A stretch of DNA of 64,000 nt, taken from an uncultured Gemmatimonadales bacterium. Lineage in GTDB: Bacteria; Gemmatimonadota; Gemmatimonadetes; Longimicrobiales; Gaopeijiaceae. Positions 35,941-49,454 of this stretch are shown here, one piece after another. A model generated the notes under the pieces. The model searched no databases, was not told where the DNA came from, and saw only the letters and a list, made by a program, of their open reading frames with translations. The translations under genes were made by a program, and so were the position numbers. Where the stretch lies: contig CAWGKG010000018.1 of assembly GCA_963823035.1 (NCBI GenBank), positions 128,001-192,000 on the forward strand, written 5' to 3'. Position 1 is the stretch's first letter. Each line of letters starts with the position of its first letter.

Positions 35941-36521
35941 CGCCGCGAGGGACCCGGCGCGCCGGCCTCCTCGCCCGCCGTCACGAGCGCCACCGCCGCG
36001 GCGAGGTCGTCGACGACCACGACGTCCGCCGGCGCCTGCTTCTCTTCTTCGGCACCGTACCCCGTGCGCACGAGGATCCCCTTCCCTCCGAGCTTCGCGG
36101 CGGGGAGGACGTCGGTGACCTTGTCGCCGACGTACCAGGACGCCCGCAGGTCGAGACCCAGCTCGCCGGCGGCCTCCTCGTACATCCCGGTGCCCGGCTT
36201 CCTGCAGGAGCAGGGACCGGTCTCGTCGGGGTGGTGAGGACAGTAGTAGGTGCCGGCCGGGGGCACGCCCGCGCGCTCGAGCAGGCCTTGCAGCCGGGCC
36301 GCGACGCGGTGGTAGGCGGCCTCGGTGTAGAGGCCGCGCGCGATCCCGGACTGGTTGGTCACGATGACGACGGGAAGTCCGGCGTCCCGCAGGCGGGCGA
36401 GCGCATCCACGGCGCCGTCGACGAGCGTGACGCCCGCCGGATCCGCCAGGTACTCGCGTTCGACCATGAGCGTCCCGTCCCGGTCCAGGAACACGGCCGG
36501 GCGGAGCGCCGACGACGTCAC
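35937..36521 (-). CDS. gmhB: D,D-heptose 1,7-bisphosphate phosphatase (HAD IIIA)
   Basis: FLDRDGT, VTNQSGIARG, CPHHP, CSCRKP, VGDKVTD. Confidence 0.88.
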   Translation of the reverse strand: MTSSALRPAVFLDRDGTLMVEREYLADPAGVTLVDGAVDALARLRDAGLPVVIVTNQSGIARGLYTEAAYHRVAARLQGLLERAGVPPAGTYYCPHHPDETGPCSCRKPGTGMYEEAAGELGLDLRASWYVGDKVTDVLPAAKLGGKGILVRTGYGAEEEKQAPADVVVVDDLAAAVALVTAGEEAGAPGPSRR

Positions 36522-37913
36522 GACCGCGCCTCGCGCATGACCTCGACGACGCGACGGACGAGGGCCTCCATCTCGTCCTCCTGGACGGTGCGTGCGTCCA
36601 GGAGCAGGCGGCCGTCCTCGATGCGCCCCACCACCGGCGGCTCCCCGCCCCGGAGCGCGCGCGCCAGGTGGTCGGCGCGCTTCGAGGGGAGCACCACCGC
36701 CCACGATGCGAGCGTGAGGTCCGGGCACGTGCCTCCGCCCACGGTCCCGGCGGTCGGCTCGGCGCGCGCGCCCATCACGTGCCGAGCCAGGAGCGCCTCG
36801 GCGAGCAGCTCGGCTCGGCGCCGCACGTGCTCCTCCGGCTCGGCGATCATGCGCAGGACGGGGATCTCGCGCAGCGCGCGTGGCGGGTCCCGGTACAGCC
36901 GCGCGGTGGCCTCGATCCCCGCGAGGGTGACCTTGTCCACACGGAGCGCGCGGCAGAGCGGGTTCTCCCGCATGGCCGCCACGATCCGCTCGCTGCCGAG
37001 CGCGATCCCCGCCTGCGGCCCGCCCATCAGCTTGTCCCCGCTCACCACCACGAGGTCCGCGCCGGACACGAGCGCCTCCTTGGCCCGCGGCTCGCCGGGG
37101 AGACCCAGGGCCACCGGGTCGGCGAAGAGGCCGGAGCCGAGGTCGAAGACGACGGGCACGCTTCGCGGACGCCCCGAGCTCGGCCAGCTCGCGCGTCGTC
37201 ACGTCCTCGGTGAATCCGCTCATGCGGAAGTTCGACCGGTGCACCTTGAGGAGGACGGCCACGTCGTGGTAGCGGAGCGCCTCGTCGTAGTCGGCCGCCC
37301 GCGTCCGGTTCGTGCTCCCCACCTCGATGAGCTGTGCGCCCGAGCGCTCGAGGATCTCGGGGATGCGGAATCCGCCGCCGATCTCCACAAGCTCGCCCCG
37401 CGACACCGCGACACCCCGTCCTCGGGCCAGCGTGTTCAGGGCCAGGACGAGCGCGGCGGCCGCGTTGTTCACGACGAGCGCCGCTTCCGCCTCGGCCAGC
37501 TCCGCGAGGAGGTCGGCGCAGTGGTGGTAGCGCGACCCGCGCCGCCCGCTCTCCAGGTCGTACTCGAGGTTGGTGTAGCCGCGCGCCGCCTCGGCCATGG
37601 CATCGCGCGCGACCACGGCGAGCGGGGCCCGCCCGAGGTTCGTGTGCAGGACGACGCCGGTGGCGTTGATCACGCGCCGCAGCGACGGCACGGCCTCCTC
37701 GGCGAGCGCGTCCGCCACCTCTCCGGCCCACCACGTCGCGGAGCTCGGGTCGCCGACCATGCGGCCCAACGCGAGCTCCTGGCGCAGGCGCTCGATGCGC
37801 GCGCGGAGTCGCAGGAGGATCTGCTCCCTCGGGTGGCGCTCCTGCAACGCCGCGAAGGGTGGGGACGAGAGCAGCGTGTCGACGGACGGAAGCCTGCGTC
37901 GCGGATCGGTCAC
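36518..37913 (-). CDS. selA: L-seryl-tRNA(Sec) selenium transferase; frameshift near 37165
   Basis: VINATGVVLHTNLGRAPL, VNNAAAA, SRGELVEIGGGFRIP, SGDKLMGGPQAG, RALRVDK. Confidence 0.93.
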
Positions 37914-39383
37914 CGGCGTCGGCCCGGGAGGAAGACCCTGCCGGTGTCGGGCGGGATCGTGTCGGGGGGTGGCACGGTGTCGGGCGGGGAAACCGTGTCC
38001 CGCACTGCCGCCGTGTCCGGGACGAACGTCGTGTCGTGCGCCGTAGCGGTGTCGCGAGGCGCCGCGCGCACGACTTCGGCCTCGCCACCCCCGCCCGGAA
38101 CGCCGTTCACATTGTCGACACCGCTCGCCGTTACCTGATACGTGCTGTCGGGCACGAGGGCGCCCCTGACCACCACCACGAGGCGCCTTCCCGGGAGCGG
38201 GCGGCCGTCCGGGCCCTCGATGAGCCCGCCTCCGTCCGGGGATACGCCGGCCCGAACGTCCGAGAGGCGAGGCAGTTGCGGAGGAGGTGCAGGCCGTGAA
38301 GGGGAGGCACCTTGACTTGGTGATCGGGACACGGCCGCCTCCACGGTGTCGGTCACCTGGCTCGTGTCGGCCGGCGCGGCGGTATCCCGCGCGGCGAGCG
38401 CCCGCGCCTGTTCGGCCGCCGCGGCCTCCATCGAGTCCAGCCTCGCGAGGCTGGTGCGAACCTGCTCGACCCACGCCCCGTAGTCGGGCTCCGAGAAGAT
38501 ACGCTGGATCCCGAGCGCCCCACCCCTCCCCGACGAAGGACGGACAGCGACTTGCGGAAGGGGCGAAGTGGGATCCAGGAAGTCGTCGAAGGTCAGGACG
38601 ATCGTGGCCGAGTCGAGCAGGTCCGCCCGAGTAACGCGTGCCGGGCTGGTGTCCGGCTGGAGCACGGGAATGTCCGTGAACAGCGTATCCGCGCCCGTGA
38701 TCGTCTGCGCGAGCGTCCCCTGGATCTCCATGGAGTCCACGCGCTCGTTGCGGTTGCGGTCCTGGAAGGCCGTGAAGTCGTAGCGTCCCGGGAACGAGGT
38801 AGCGGAGCGCGTAGATGCCGCCGGTGTCCGTGCGGGCGAGGTAGACGGTGGAGTCCGCCGCCGTGGCCGTGACGAGGTAGTCCTCCAGCCCCTCGCCCGG
38901 TCTTGCGGTCCCAGACGAGGCCGGCGACGGCCGAAGCCGTGATGTCGGCGCCGGTCGAGAAGACGAGCTCGAACGGATCCTGCAGCTGGTTGCCGAAGAG
39001 GTCGCGGATCACCGGCAGGAGGGTGATGCGGTACACCTGCCCGGGCCGGTAGCCACCTCCGACGGTCACCTCGAGGCTCTGGCGACCCTTGGAGACGCGC
39101 ACGTTCCCGGTGTTCGGCGACACCATGACGGCGTCGTCCAGCGCGCCGGAGCCCGGCCGTTCGCTGATGCGCTCGTCGAAGCGGAACACCACGGGTCCGC
39201 GGAACGGCTCCGTGACCTGGGCGAACGTGTCCGGAGACGTGCCGATCACGACCGGCGGACGTCGGTCCTGGGGCCCGCCGGGGGGCGCTCCCTGGCGCGC
39301 GCACGCGGCCACCCAGGCCACGGCCACGGCCGCGAGGATCGCGGCGAGCGCGCGCGATGCGGGGCCTCGGGGCGCGGTCGGGT

Positions 39384-39387
<4 letters not shown>
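37910..39387 (-). CDS. Ig-like domain lipoprotein; frameshifts near 38800-38900
   Basis: VAACARQGAPPGGPQDRRPP lipoprotein start, FDERI, IRDLFGN, DRNRNERVD, DT-rich tail. Confidence 0.7.
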
Positions 39388-42158
<2,771 letters not shown>

Positions 42159-42290
42159 GTCGTCTCCGGGTTGTTCGCCTTGACGGGCCCGGAGGCGGAG
42201 CCCGTCGGGTTGGGAGCCCCTAAGATGGCAGCGGAGGCAAGGGTTCGGTACCGGAAGCGGCGCCCGGGGTGTCCGCGAGCCTTCGCGACG

Positions 42291-43117
42291 CTACCGTCGC
42301 ACCCCCGAGGTGTCCGGTTTGGTCTTCGCGGCGCGCTCCTTGTCCCTACGCTCGCGGATGGCCTTCGCACGGTCCTTCCACGAGTCGCGCATCAGCCCCG
42401 ACGCGGCCCCCCGCTGGATCTCGTCCCACTCCCACTGCGGCCCGCCTGAACTCGTCGCGCCGTCCCCACCGGCGTGCCGAAGCTGAACGGAAGCGGGAGC
42501 GTGATGTCGCCGAGGTGGAGCTTCCCTTCCGAGACCCCCCACTTGCGGCCCTGGGCGTCCGTCTTCGTCCAGTCGGTGAGCGCGCGCTGCGCTTCCGCGG
42601 CGATCGCGAGGGAGTCCTGCCAGTCGGCGATGTCGCCGGCCAGTTCCAGCTCCAGCCGCTGTTCGAGCGTCAGCTCGTTCAGAGCCGGGTCCAGCGGCGC
42701 CCAGATCCGGCCATCGGAGAGGTGCGGGCGAAGGCGCTCGGCGGCCGTGGGTCCGGGCGCCACGAGCCCCGGTCCCCCCACGTCGTTGAGGTCGGGTACC
42801 CCGGGCTCCACGGAGGGCGTCTCGGTCGGAGCGACCTCATCCGGCCGATCGGGGCGAGCGTCCGGCGTCGTGACCGCGCGCAGCCGGATCACGCGCATCC
42901 CGCCACGGGCCGCCTCGGAGCGGGGCGAGACGAACGGGCGGATGGGGCCGGCCGGCACGATCGGACGCGCGGCCGTGTACGCCAGGATGGCCAGGACGTG
43001 CACCACCAACGAGATGGCGAGTCCCGCGCGCAGGGCCCTGCGGTGGGATACACGGGGGCGACGGAGGCCGGCGCCCCGGTCCGAAGGCGGAACCGCGCTG
43101 CCGGCCGGATAAGTCAT
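42291..43117 (-). CDS. hypothetical membrane-anchored protein; frameshift near 42450
   Basis: N-terminal TM (SLVVHVL), Pro-rich linker, DWTKTDAQGRKWGVSEGKLHLG, tail EWDEIQRG...KAIRERRDKER. Confidence 0.6.
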
Positions 43118-43178
43118 ACCCGGTTCGTAAACCTCCGCGGGGGGCGCGGTTCCGGAATCCGCCGCTCCTCGGGCCCGC

Positions 43179-44341
43179 TCAGAGCACGCGACCCATCCGC
43201 GCTGCCGCTTCCGCGAGACGGTCCTCGGGCACCGTGAGCGCGATGCGGAAGAAGCCCTCGCCGCCGCTTCCGAGCCCTGCTCCAGGGAGGACCATCACGC
43301 CCTCCTGGTCGAGACACCGGCGCGCGAAGTCCCGCGACGGCTCTCCGCCCGGCACGGGGATCCAGAGGTACATCGTGGCGCGCGGCGCGGTGACCTCGTA
43401 CCCGGCGGCGATCAGCGCCTCCACCGCGCGGTCCCGCCGACCCTGGAACACCGCGACGTTGCCCGGCACCCAGCGATCCCAACTCCGCAGCGCCGCGACC
43501 CCGGCCGCCTGCACCGCGAGAAAAGCACCGGTATCCATGAACGTCTTGACCTGCGTGAGCGCCCCGACCAACGCCGGGTTCCCCACCGCCCACCCAAGCC
43601 GCCACCCCGTCATGTTGTAGGTCTTGGAGAAGGAGTGGAACTCGATCGCCACCTCCCGCGCTCCGTCGAACTGCAGGATGCTCGGGGGGCGATATCCGTC
43701 GAAGGCGATCTCCGAGTACGCGTGGTCGTGGACGAGGACGATGTCGTGCTCGCGGCAGAAGTCGATCGCCTCCCGGAAATACGCGTCCGGCGCGGAGGCC
43801 GACGTCGGGTTGTTCGGATAGTTCAGGTAGAGGATGCGCGCGCGGCTCACGACGTCGGCGGGGATCGTGTCGAGCGGGATCAGGAAGTCGTGCTCGGGAA
43901 GGAGCGGAACCGCCCACGCCTCCCCCCCGCCAGCACCGTGCCGCCGAGGTACGCCTGGTAGCCGGGGTCCGGCACGATGCCCACGTCGCCGGGATCCAGG
44001 AAGGCGAAGGGAAGGTGCGCGATCCCCTCCTTCGACCCGATCAGGGGGAGCAGCTCCGAGGTCGGGTCGACCGTGACGCCGAAGCGGCTCTCCATGAATC
44101 CCGCGATCTCCACGCGGAGCTGCGGGAGCCCCACCTGGAAGGGGTACCTCGACATCCCCGGATCCCCGACGGCCGCACGCAGCGCTTCGACGACGGCCGG
44201 TGGCGGGGCCAGGTCGGCGTCACCCGCGCCCAGGTCGATCACGTCGATGCCCGCCGCCTCCAGCTCGAGGCGCCGCTCCTTGAACCCCGCCAACGGATAG
44301 CTCGGGAGCGCGCGCAGGACGCGGCTCTTCGCGGGACTCAT
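43179..44341 (-). CDS. class I/II PLP aminotransferase (LL-DAP aminotransferase-like); frameshift near 43920
   Basis: IGSKEG, DPGYQAY, LNYPNNPT, DHAYSE, HSFSKTYNMTGWRLG, FFRIAL. Confidence 0.88.
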
Positions 44342-44965
44342 GCGTCCTCCTCACGGACCGGGTTGCGTACCGACCCGACGCCGCGCACCTCGATCTCCAC
44401 CTCGTCCCCGGCGGCGAGCGGACCCACGCCCTCCGGCGTGCCCGTCGCGATGAGGTCGCCCGGCTCGAGCGTCATGATCCGGCTGACGTGCGCGACCAGG
44501 AAGGGAATCGAGAAGACCATCTCCGAGGCGGGCGCGTCCTGGCGAACCGATCCGTTCACGCGGGTGACCACGCCCAGCTCGTCGAGCGCGACCTGCCGCC
44601 AGGGCACCGGCGTGCCCACCGGGCAGAAGGTGTCGAAGCCCTTCGCCCGGGTCCATTGCCCGTCCTTCTTCTGAAGCTCGCGGGCGGTGACGTCGTTGAC
44701 CGGCACCAGCGCCTCCACGTGGGACCACGCGTCGCTCTTCGGCCACCTTCCTGGCCCTGCGACCGATCACCACGCCGATCTCCCCCTCGAAGTCCACCCG
44801 CCCTGCCCCCCGGGGCCGCACGATCGCCTCGCCCGCGTCGAGGAGCGCGGAGGGAGGCTTGAGGAAGATGAGCGGCTCGGAGGGGACGTCGTTGCCGAGC
44901 TCGGCGGCGTGCTTCACGTAGTTGCGGCCGACGCAGACGATCTTCGTGGGGCGGAAGGAGGGCAT
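44338..44965 (-). CDS. fumarylacetoacetate hydrolase family protein; frameshift near 44730
   Basis: [51 protein letters not shown]. Confidence 0.9.
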
Positions 44966-45034
44966 CGGAGGGACTCCCGGCGCACGTGGCGCCGTCTTGG
45001 GTTCAGGAGGGCGATGCCGCCGCGTGCGGACGCG

Positions 45035-45064
45035 AAAGGGCCGCCCCGCACGCGGGACGGCCCT
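45035..45064 (-). terminator. putative intrinsic terminator
   Basis: GGGCCGTCCCGC/GCGGGGCGGCCC hairpin followed by TTT, downstream of the 45089 stop. Confidence 0.5.
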
Positions 45065-45088
45065 CCGACGATCCGGGGAGCGGCGCCC

Positions 45089-45307
45089 TCAGTGCGAGTG
45101 CGAGTGCTCGTCCGCGTGCGCCCAGGCGTGGATGTACGTCCCGACGAGCGCGCCGAGGCCGGCGATCACCAGGAGGCACCCGATCACGGTCCACCAGAAG
45201 CCGAGATCGCCGTGAGCCCCCTCCCACCCCACCATACCGTTCTTGAACGCTCCCATGGCGATGATGAGGTAGAGGACGCCGATGACCAGGCCTGCATGCT
45301 TCTTCAT
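45089..45307 (-). CDS. small two-TM membrane protein with His-rich tail
   Basis: MKKHAGLVIGVLYLIIAMG...GFWWTVIGCLLVIAGLGALVGT...HAWAHADEHSHSH. Confidence 0.65.
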   Translation of the reverse strand: MKKHAGLVIGVLYLIIAMGAFKNGMVGWEGAHGDLGFWWTVIGCLLVIAGLGALVGTYIHAWAHADEHSHSH

Positions 45308-45368
45308 GAGCTTCCGCGGGTTCCGGGTTTTCGGGCAGCGCGGGCTCTCGCCCGCCGGACGCAGCAAT

Positions 45369-48041
45369 CTACGGCGCGGCCCGGGTCCCACCAAGGGTGC
45401 CGGCGCCCGCCGCGTAGAACGCTTCCAGCCGTCGCCGCACGTCGTCCCACGGGCCCCGGACCAGAGGGGCCTCGGGCAGCGAGTCGCGCAGGTAGCGCCC
45501 GTAGCGGCGGGAGACGAGCCGGTCGTCCAACATCAGGACCGCGCCCCGATCGGAGCGCGAGCGGACCAGCCGCCCGAAGCCCTGCTTCAGCCGCAGCGCG
45601 GCGTGCGGAAGCATGAACTCGTGGAAGGCACTGCCGCCGGCCCGCTCGATCGCCTCCATGCGCGCCGCCGTGATGGGCTCGTTGGGTACGCGGAAGGGCA
45701 GCTTCTGCAGGATGAGCGCCCGCAGGGGATCGCCGGGAACGTCCACGCCTTCCCAGAAGGAGGCCGTGCCCAGCAGGATCCCACGTTCCGCGCGGATGAA
45801 GCCGTGCAGGAGGCGGTGGCGATCGTCCTCGCCGTGAACGAACAGCGGCCAACGCGCCTCGACGCCCCCGGCCCGCAGCAACTCGGCCACGCGCCGGAGG
45901 GCGGCGTGCGAGGTGAACAGCACGAACAGACCTCCGTCGCTCATCGACGCCACCTCGGCCGCCACCCGTGCGGTCGCCTCCTGGAACGCTTCCCCGCCGA
46001 CCTCCGCGGCCGGGAGGTCCGTCGGCACCGCGAGCAGGGTCTGCGACGCGTAGTCGAAGGGGGACGGCACCAGACGCTCCTCCACCGCCGGCGGCTCGTC
46101 GAGGCCAGCCAGCTCCTCCGGGGCGAGCCCCAGCCGGCCGCGCAGGAAGTCGAAGCTCCTGCGCGTGGCGAGCGTGGCGGAGGTCAGCACGGTCGTGTCG
46201 ACCCGGGTGAAAAGCGAGTCGCGCAGGACGGGACCGAGCTCGATGGGCGCGGCGGCCATCGCCAGGTTCGCCCGCCTGCCCCGGCCGCGGGATTCGAGCC
46301 AGCGCACGTACGCGGACGCCTGCTCACCCGGAGCGAGCACGAGCTGCACGCCGGCGGCCATCGCGCCGAGCCGCCGCTGCACGCTGCGCAGGTCGAGGAG
46401 CCGTCCCTCGAGCCGCTCGACGAGCGCCTCGTCCACCTCGATACGGTCGCGCAGCTGCGCCAGCTCGCGCTCCAGCGTGCCGAGCGTCGCCACCAGGGCC
46501 GCGAGGCGCTCACGCACCTCCTCGCCGTCGGCCGGCTCCCCGATGCCCGTCGGGCCGAGGCGCGCGGTCGACTCCTCCGGCCCGACGAATCCCTCCAGCG
46601 TGTCCACGAAGCCCTCGACGACGGCACGCGCCCGGGAGAGCGCCGGACGCACTCGGTTTTCGATGCGCTCGCGCAGCTTCGCGCCTTCGTCGGCCTCGCC
46701 GAGCGCCTCGTGCAACGCCGTGAGGATGCCCCGTCCCCTCCGATCCAGCCGGGAGAGTGCGCGGTAGAGGCCGCGTCGGGTGATCTCCACGCCGAGGTGC
46801 TGGGTGGCCGCGTCCTCGACGTTGTGCGCCTCGTCGAGGATGAGTCGCTTGTAGGCGGGGAGCACCGCGGACTGGGTGTAGTTCTCCGTCGCGCGCCGCA
46901 CCGCCAGATCGGTGAAGAGGAGATGGTGGTTCACCACCAGGAGTTCCGCGGAGGCCGCCTGGCGCCGGGCGCGCTGGTAGAAGCACTCCTGGAAGTGCGG
47001 GCATCGCGCCCGCAGGCAGACGTCGGGGTCGCTCTGCACCTCTTCCCACAACTCCTCGGAAGGCTGGAAGCCGAGGTCCGAGAGGGAGCCGTCCTCGGTG
47101 CTCCCCATCCACTCCAGGAGCGACCGCACCTCCGCCGACCGATCCTCCTCGAAGAGCGACGTCTGGGTGTCCGCCGCCAGCAGCGCTCTCCGTATCGAGA
47201 CGTAGTTGCCGCGCCCCTTCACCAGGGCCCAGCGCACGTCGCTGCCGAGGATCCGGCGCACCAGCGGCAGGTCCTTCCCGGCGAGTTGCTCCTGGAGGTT
47301 GATCGTGTTCGTGGACACGACGGTGCGCTCCTGGTTGTCCTGGGCCCAGCGCGCCGCCGGCAGGAGATAGGCCAGCGACTTCCCCGTACCGGTGCCGGCC
47401 TCGACGACGGTCACGCCGCCCTCGTTGAAGGCGCGTCCCACGGCGCGCAGCATCTCCCGCTGGCCGGGCCGGTCCTCGTAGCCCTCGTGCAGCTCGGCGA
47501 GCGGCCCGGCCGGACCCAGGAGGGCATCGAGCGCGTCCAGGTCGAGCGGCACCCTCTCGCGCGGCTCGGGCGGCTCGACCACCACGTAGAGGCGGGAGGC
47601 CTCGTTGTCGACGATGGCCGTGCCGAGGCCACGCTCGTAGAGCTGCGCCGCCACGCGCATGTCCGCGTCGGAGGGCTCGAGCACGCCGGAGGGGTGGTTG
47701 TGAAGCATGACCCCGCCCTCGCGGGCGTCGCGCGCGGCGACGAGCACCGCCGCGAAGTTGCCGCGAGAGACCGCGCGCGGGTCGTGGACCCGACGCCGCT
47801 CGTCGACCTCTGCAAGGAAGCACACCTCGCGCCCCCCCGCGCGCTCGATCTCCGCCCGGATACGGCGGGACGCGTCCTCGTCGAGCTTCAGCGCACGGAG
47901 ACGCTTCCGTCGGGCAGGCTTCGGCGCCCCCTCCTCCGCGTCGACGTCGAGGCCGTCCAGCCCCACGAGCACGGCTCGCCCCGGGTGCACGGGGAAGCCT
48001 TCGGGGAAGTCGGGAGGATCTTCTCGGAAGCGAGGCGCCAT
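45369..48041 (-). CDS. DinG/YoaA-family helicase with N-terminal JAB/RadC-like domain
   Basis: EVCF...HNHPSG.LEPSDAD; EAGTGTGKS; DEAH; TSATL; SFWEGVDVPG; QGFGRLVR. Start uncertain. Confidence 0.88.
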   Translation of the reverse strand: MAPRFREDPPDFPEGFPVHPGRAVLVGLDGLDVDAEEGAPKPARRKRLRALKLDEDASRRIRAEIERAGGREVCFLAEVDERRRVHDPRAVSRGNFAAVLVAARDAREGGVMLHNHPSGVLEPSDADMRVAAQLYERGLGTAIVDNEASRLYVVVEPPEPRERVPLDLDALDALLGPAGPLAELHEGYEDRPGQREMLRAVGRAFNEGGVTVVEAGTGTGKSLAYLLPAARWAQDNQERTVVSTNTINLQEQLAGKDLPLVRRILGSDVRWALVKGRGNYVSIRRALLAADTQTSLFEEDRSAEVRSLLEWMGSTEDGSLSDLGFQPSEELWEEVQSDPDVCLRARCPHFQECFYQRARRQAASAELLVVNHHLLFTDLAVRRATENYTQSAVLPAYKRLILDEAHNVEDAATQHLGVEITRRGLYRALSRLDRRGRGILTALHEALGEADEGAKLRERIENRVRPALSRARAVVEGFVDTLEGFVGPEESTARLGPTGIGEPADGEEVRERLAALVATLGTLERELAQLRDRIEVDEALVERLEGRLLDLRSVQRRLGAMAAGVQLVLAPGEQASAYVRWLESRGRGRRANLAMAAAPIELGPVLRDSLFTRVDTTVLTSATLATRRSFDFLRGRLGLAPEELAGLDEPPAVEERLVPSPFDYASQTLLAVPTDLPAAEVGGEAFQEATARVAAEVASMSDGGLFVLFTSHAALRRVAELLRAGGVEARWPLFVHGEDDRHRLLHGFIRAERGILLGTASFWEGVDVPGDPLRALILQKLPFRVPNEPITAARMEAIERAGGSAFHEFMLPHAALRLKQGFGRLVRSRSDRGAVLMLDDRLVSRRYGRYLRDSLPEAPLVRGPWDDVRRRLEAFYAAGAGTLGGTRAAP

Positions 48042-48079
48042 GCCGTGGAAGCTAACGCCCAAAAACCACCCCCCCATAA

Positions 48080-48148
48080 CTCTCTGCGTCCTCTGCGTCC
48101 TCCGTGGTGAACTGCTCTTACCACGGAGGACGCAGAGGACGCAGAGAG
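48080..48148. repeat. perfect 29-bp intergenic inverted repeat (REP-like)
   Basis: CTCTCTGCGTCCTCTGCGTCCTCCGTGGT-N11-ACCACGGAGGACGCAGAGGACGCAGAGAG. Confidence 0.9.
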
Positions 48149-48179
48149 GAGACCTTGGAAGGGGGGCGAGTCACGCCCC

Positions 48180-49454
48180 TCAGGTCTTCAGCTTCTTCTT
48201 CTTGGCCGCCGGGAACAGGACGTTGTTCAGGATCAGCCGGTAGCCGGGCGAGTTGGGGTGCAGCGCCAGGTCGGTCTGCGGGTCACCGATCTGGTGCTCG
48301 GGGTCCTCGGGGTCATGCCCCCCGAGGAAGGTCCACGTCCCCTCGCCGAGCGTCCCGTGGATGTACTTCGCCCAGTCGCCCTCCTGCGCGAGGATGATCA
48401 CGCCCGGCTTGATGCGGTCCGTCCGGAAGGAGGTCGTCAGCCCGTAGAAGTCCGGGAGCACCGTCTCGTGGTCCTGGGTGAGCATCGCCGGGACGGGGTC
48501 GAACTTGGCCGAGAATTCAAATAAGGTGTAGACACCCAGGTCCTTGCGCCACGGCGTGTTGACCTGATGTGCGTCGATGTCGCTGAAGGCGTTCACGGAG
48601 GGCGCGATCTGCACCTCCGCGTTCTGGAACGCCAGCGTTCGGGTCCAATCCATGTGCGCGGAGGCGTCCGGGTCGGGCGGCGTTCCGTCGGAGTAGGCGG
48701 CCGCGATGTCGACGTTCCCCGCCGCGAGTGCGAGGTCGAGCGTCTCGGTGGCCGAGCACATCGCGAAGAGGAAGCCGCCGCCCTCGATGTACGCCCTGAT
48801 CTTGCGGGCGACGGCCTTCTTGAGCTCCGGGACGGACGAGAAGCCGTGCGACCGCGCCACCTCCTGGTTCCGCGCCACCTCGTCCTGGAGCCAGGGTGCA
48901 CCCGCGTAGGTCAGGTAGAACTTCGAGTACTGCCCGGTGAAGTCCTCGTGGTGGAGGTGGATCCACTCGTACTGCTTGAGGTCCGTGTCGAGCACCTCGG
49001 GATCCCACAGCGTCTCGTACTCGATGCCCGCGTACTCGAGCGCCATCGTGACCGCGTCGTCCCAGGGCGTCGCGTTGGGCGGCGAGTACACGGCGACCTT
49101 CGGCGCCTTCTCGAGCGGCACGGCCTCCATGTTGGCCTCGGCGATCGTCGCGCGCATGCTCGCCTCGGCGCCCGCGTCCATCGCCTCCACGCTCACGCCG
49201 CGCACCGCGGCCTCGCGCCGGACGTCCGGGCGGTCGGGGAGGAGAAAGGAGCCGCCGCGGTAGTTGAGCAGCCACTCCGCCTTCATGCTCCTGGTGAGCG
49301 TCCAGTACGTGAGGCCGTACGCCTTCAGGTGGTTCTGCTGCGTGCGGTCCATCGGCACGAGAAGCCACTGCGCCGACGCGGGGACGACCGCCCCGGCGAG
49401 CGCGACGAGGGCCAGCAGGAAGGCGAGCACGGGTGCTCCCACGCGTCGACTCAC
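48180..49454 (-). CDS. conserved secreted protein (family often labelled asparagine synthetase B-like; function unknown)
   Basis: NHLKAYG, WLLNYRGGSF, PWDDAVT, HLHHEDFTGQY, FAMCSAT, GHDPED, YRLILNNVLFPAA. Confidence 0.7.
   Translation of the reverse strand: MSRRVGAPVLAFLLALVALAGAVVPASAQWLLVPMDRTQQNHLKAYGLTYWTLTRSMKAEWLLNYRGGSFLLPDRPDVRREAAVRGVSVEAMDAGAEASMRATIAEANMEAVPLEKAPKVAVYSPPNATPWDDAVTMALEYAGIEYETLWDPEVLDTDLKQYEWIHLHHEDFTGQYSKFYLTYAGAPWLQDEVARNQEVARSHGFSSVPELKKAVARKIRAYIEGGGFLFAMCSATETLDLALAAGNVDIAAAYSDGTPPDPDASAHMDWTRTLAFQNAEVQIAPSVNAFSDIDAHQVNTPWRKDLGVYTLFEFSAKFDPVPAMLTQDHETVLPDFYGLTTSFRTDRIKPGVIILAQEGDWAKYIHGTLGEGTWTFLGGHDPEDPEHQIGDPQTDLALHPNSPGYRLILNNVLFPAAKKKKLKT

Noticed and set aside
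48080..48148. CRISPR array
   Set aside because: A single inverted repeat with no spacers and no cas genes; no array was seen anywhere in the window.
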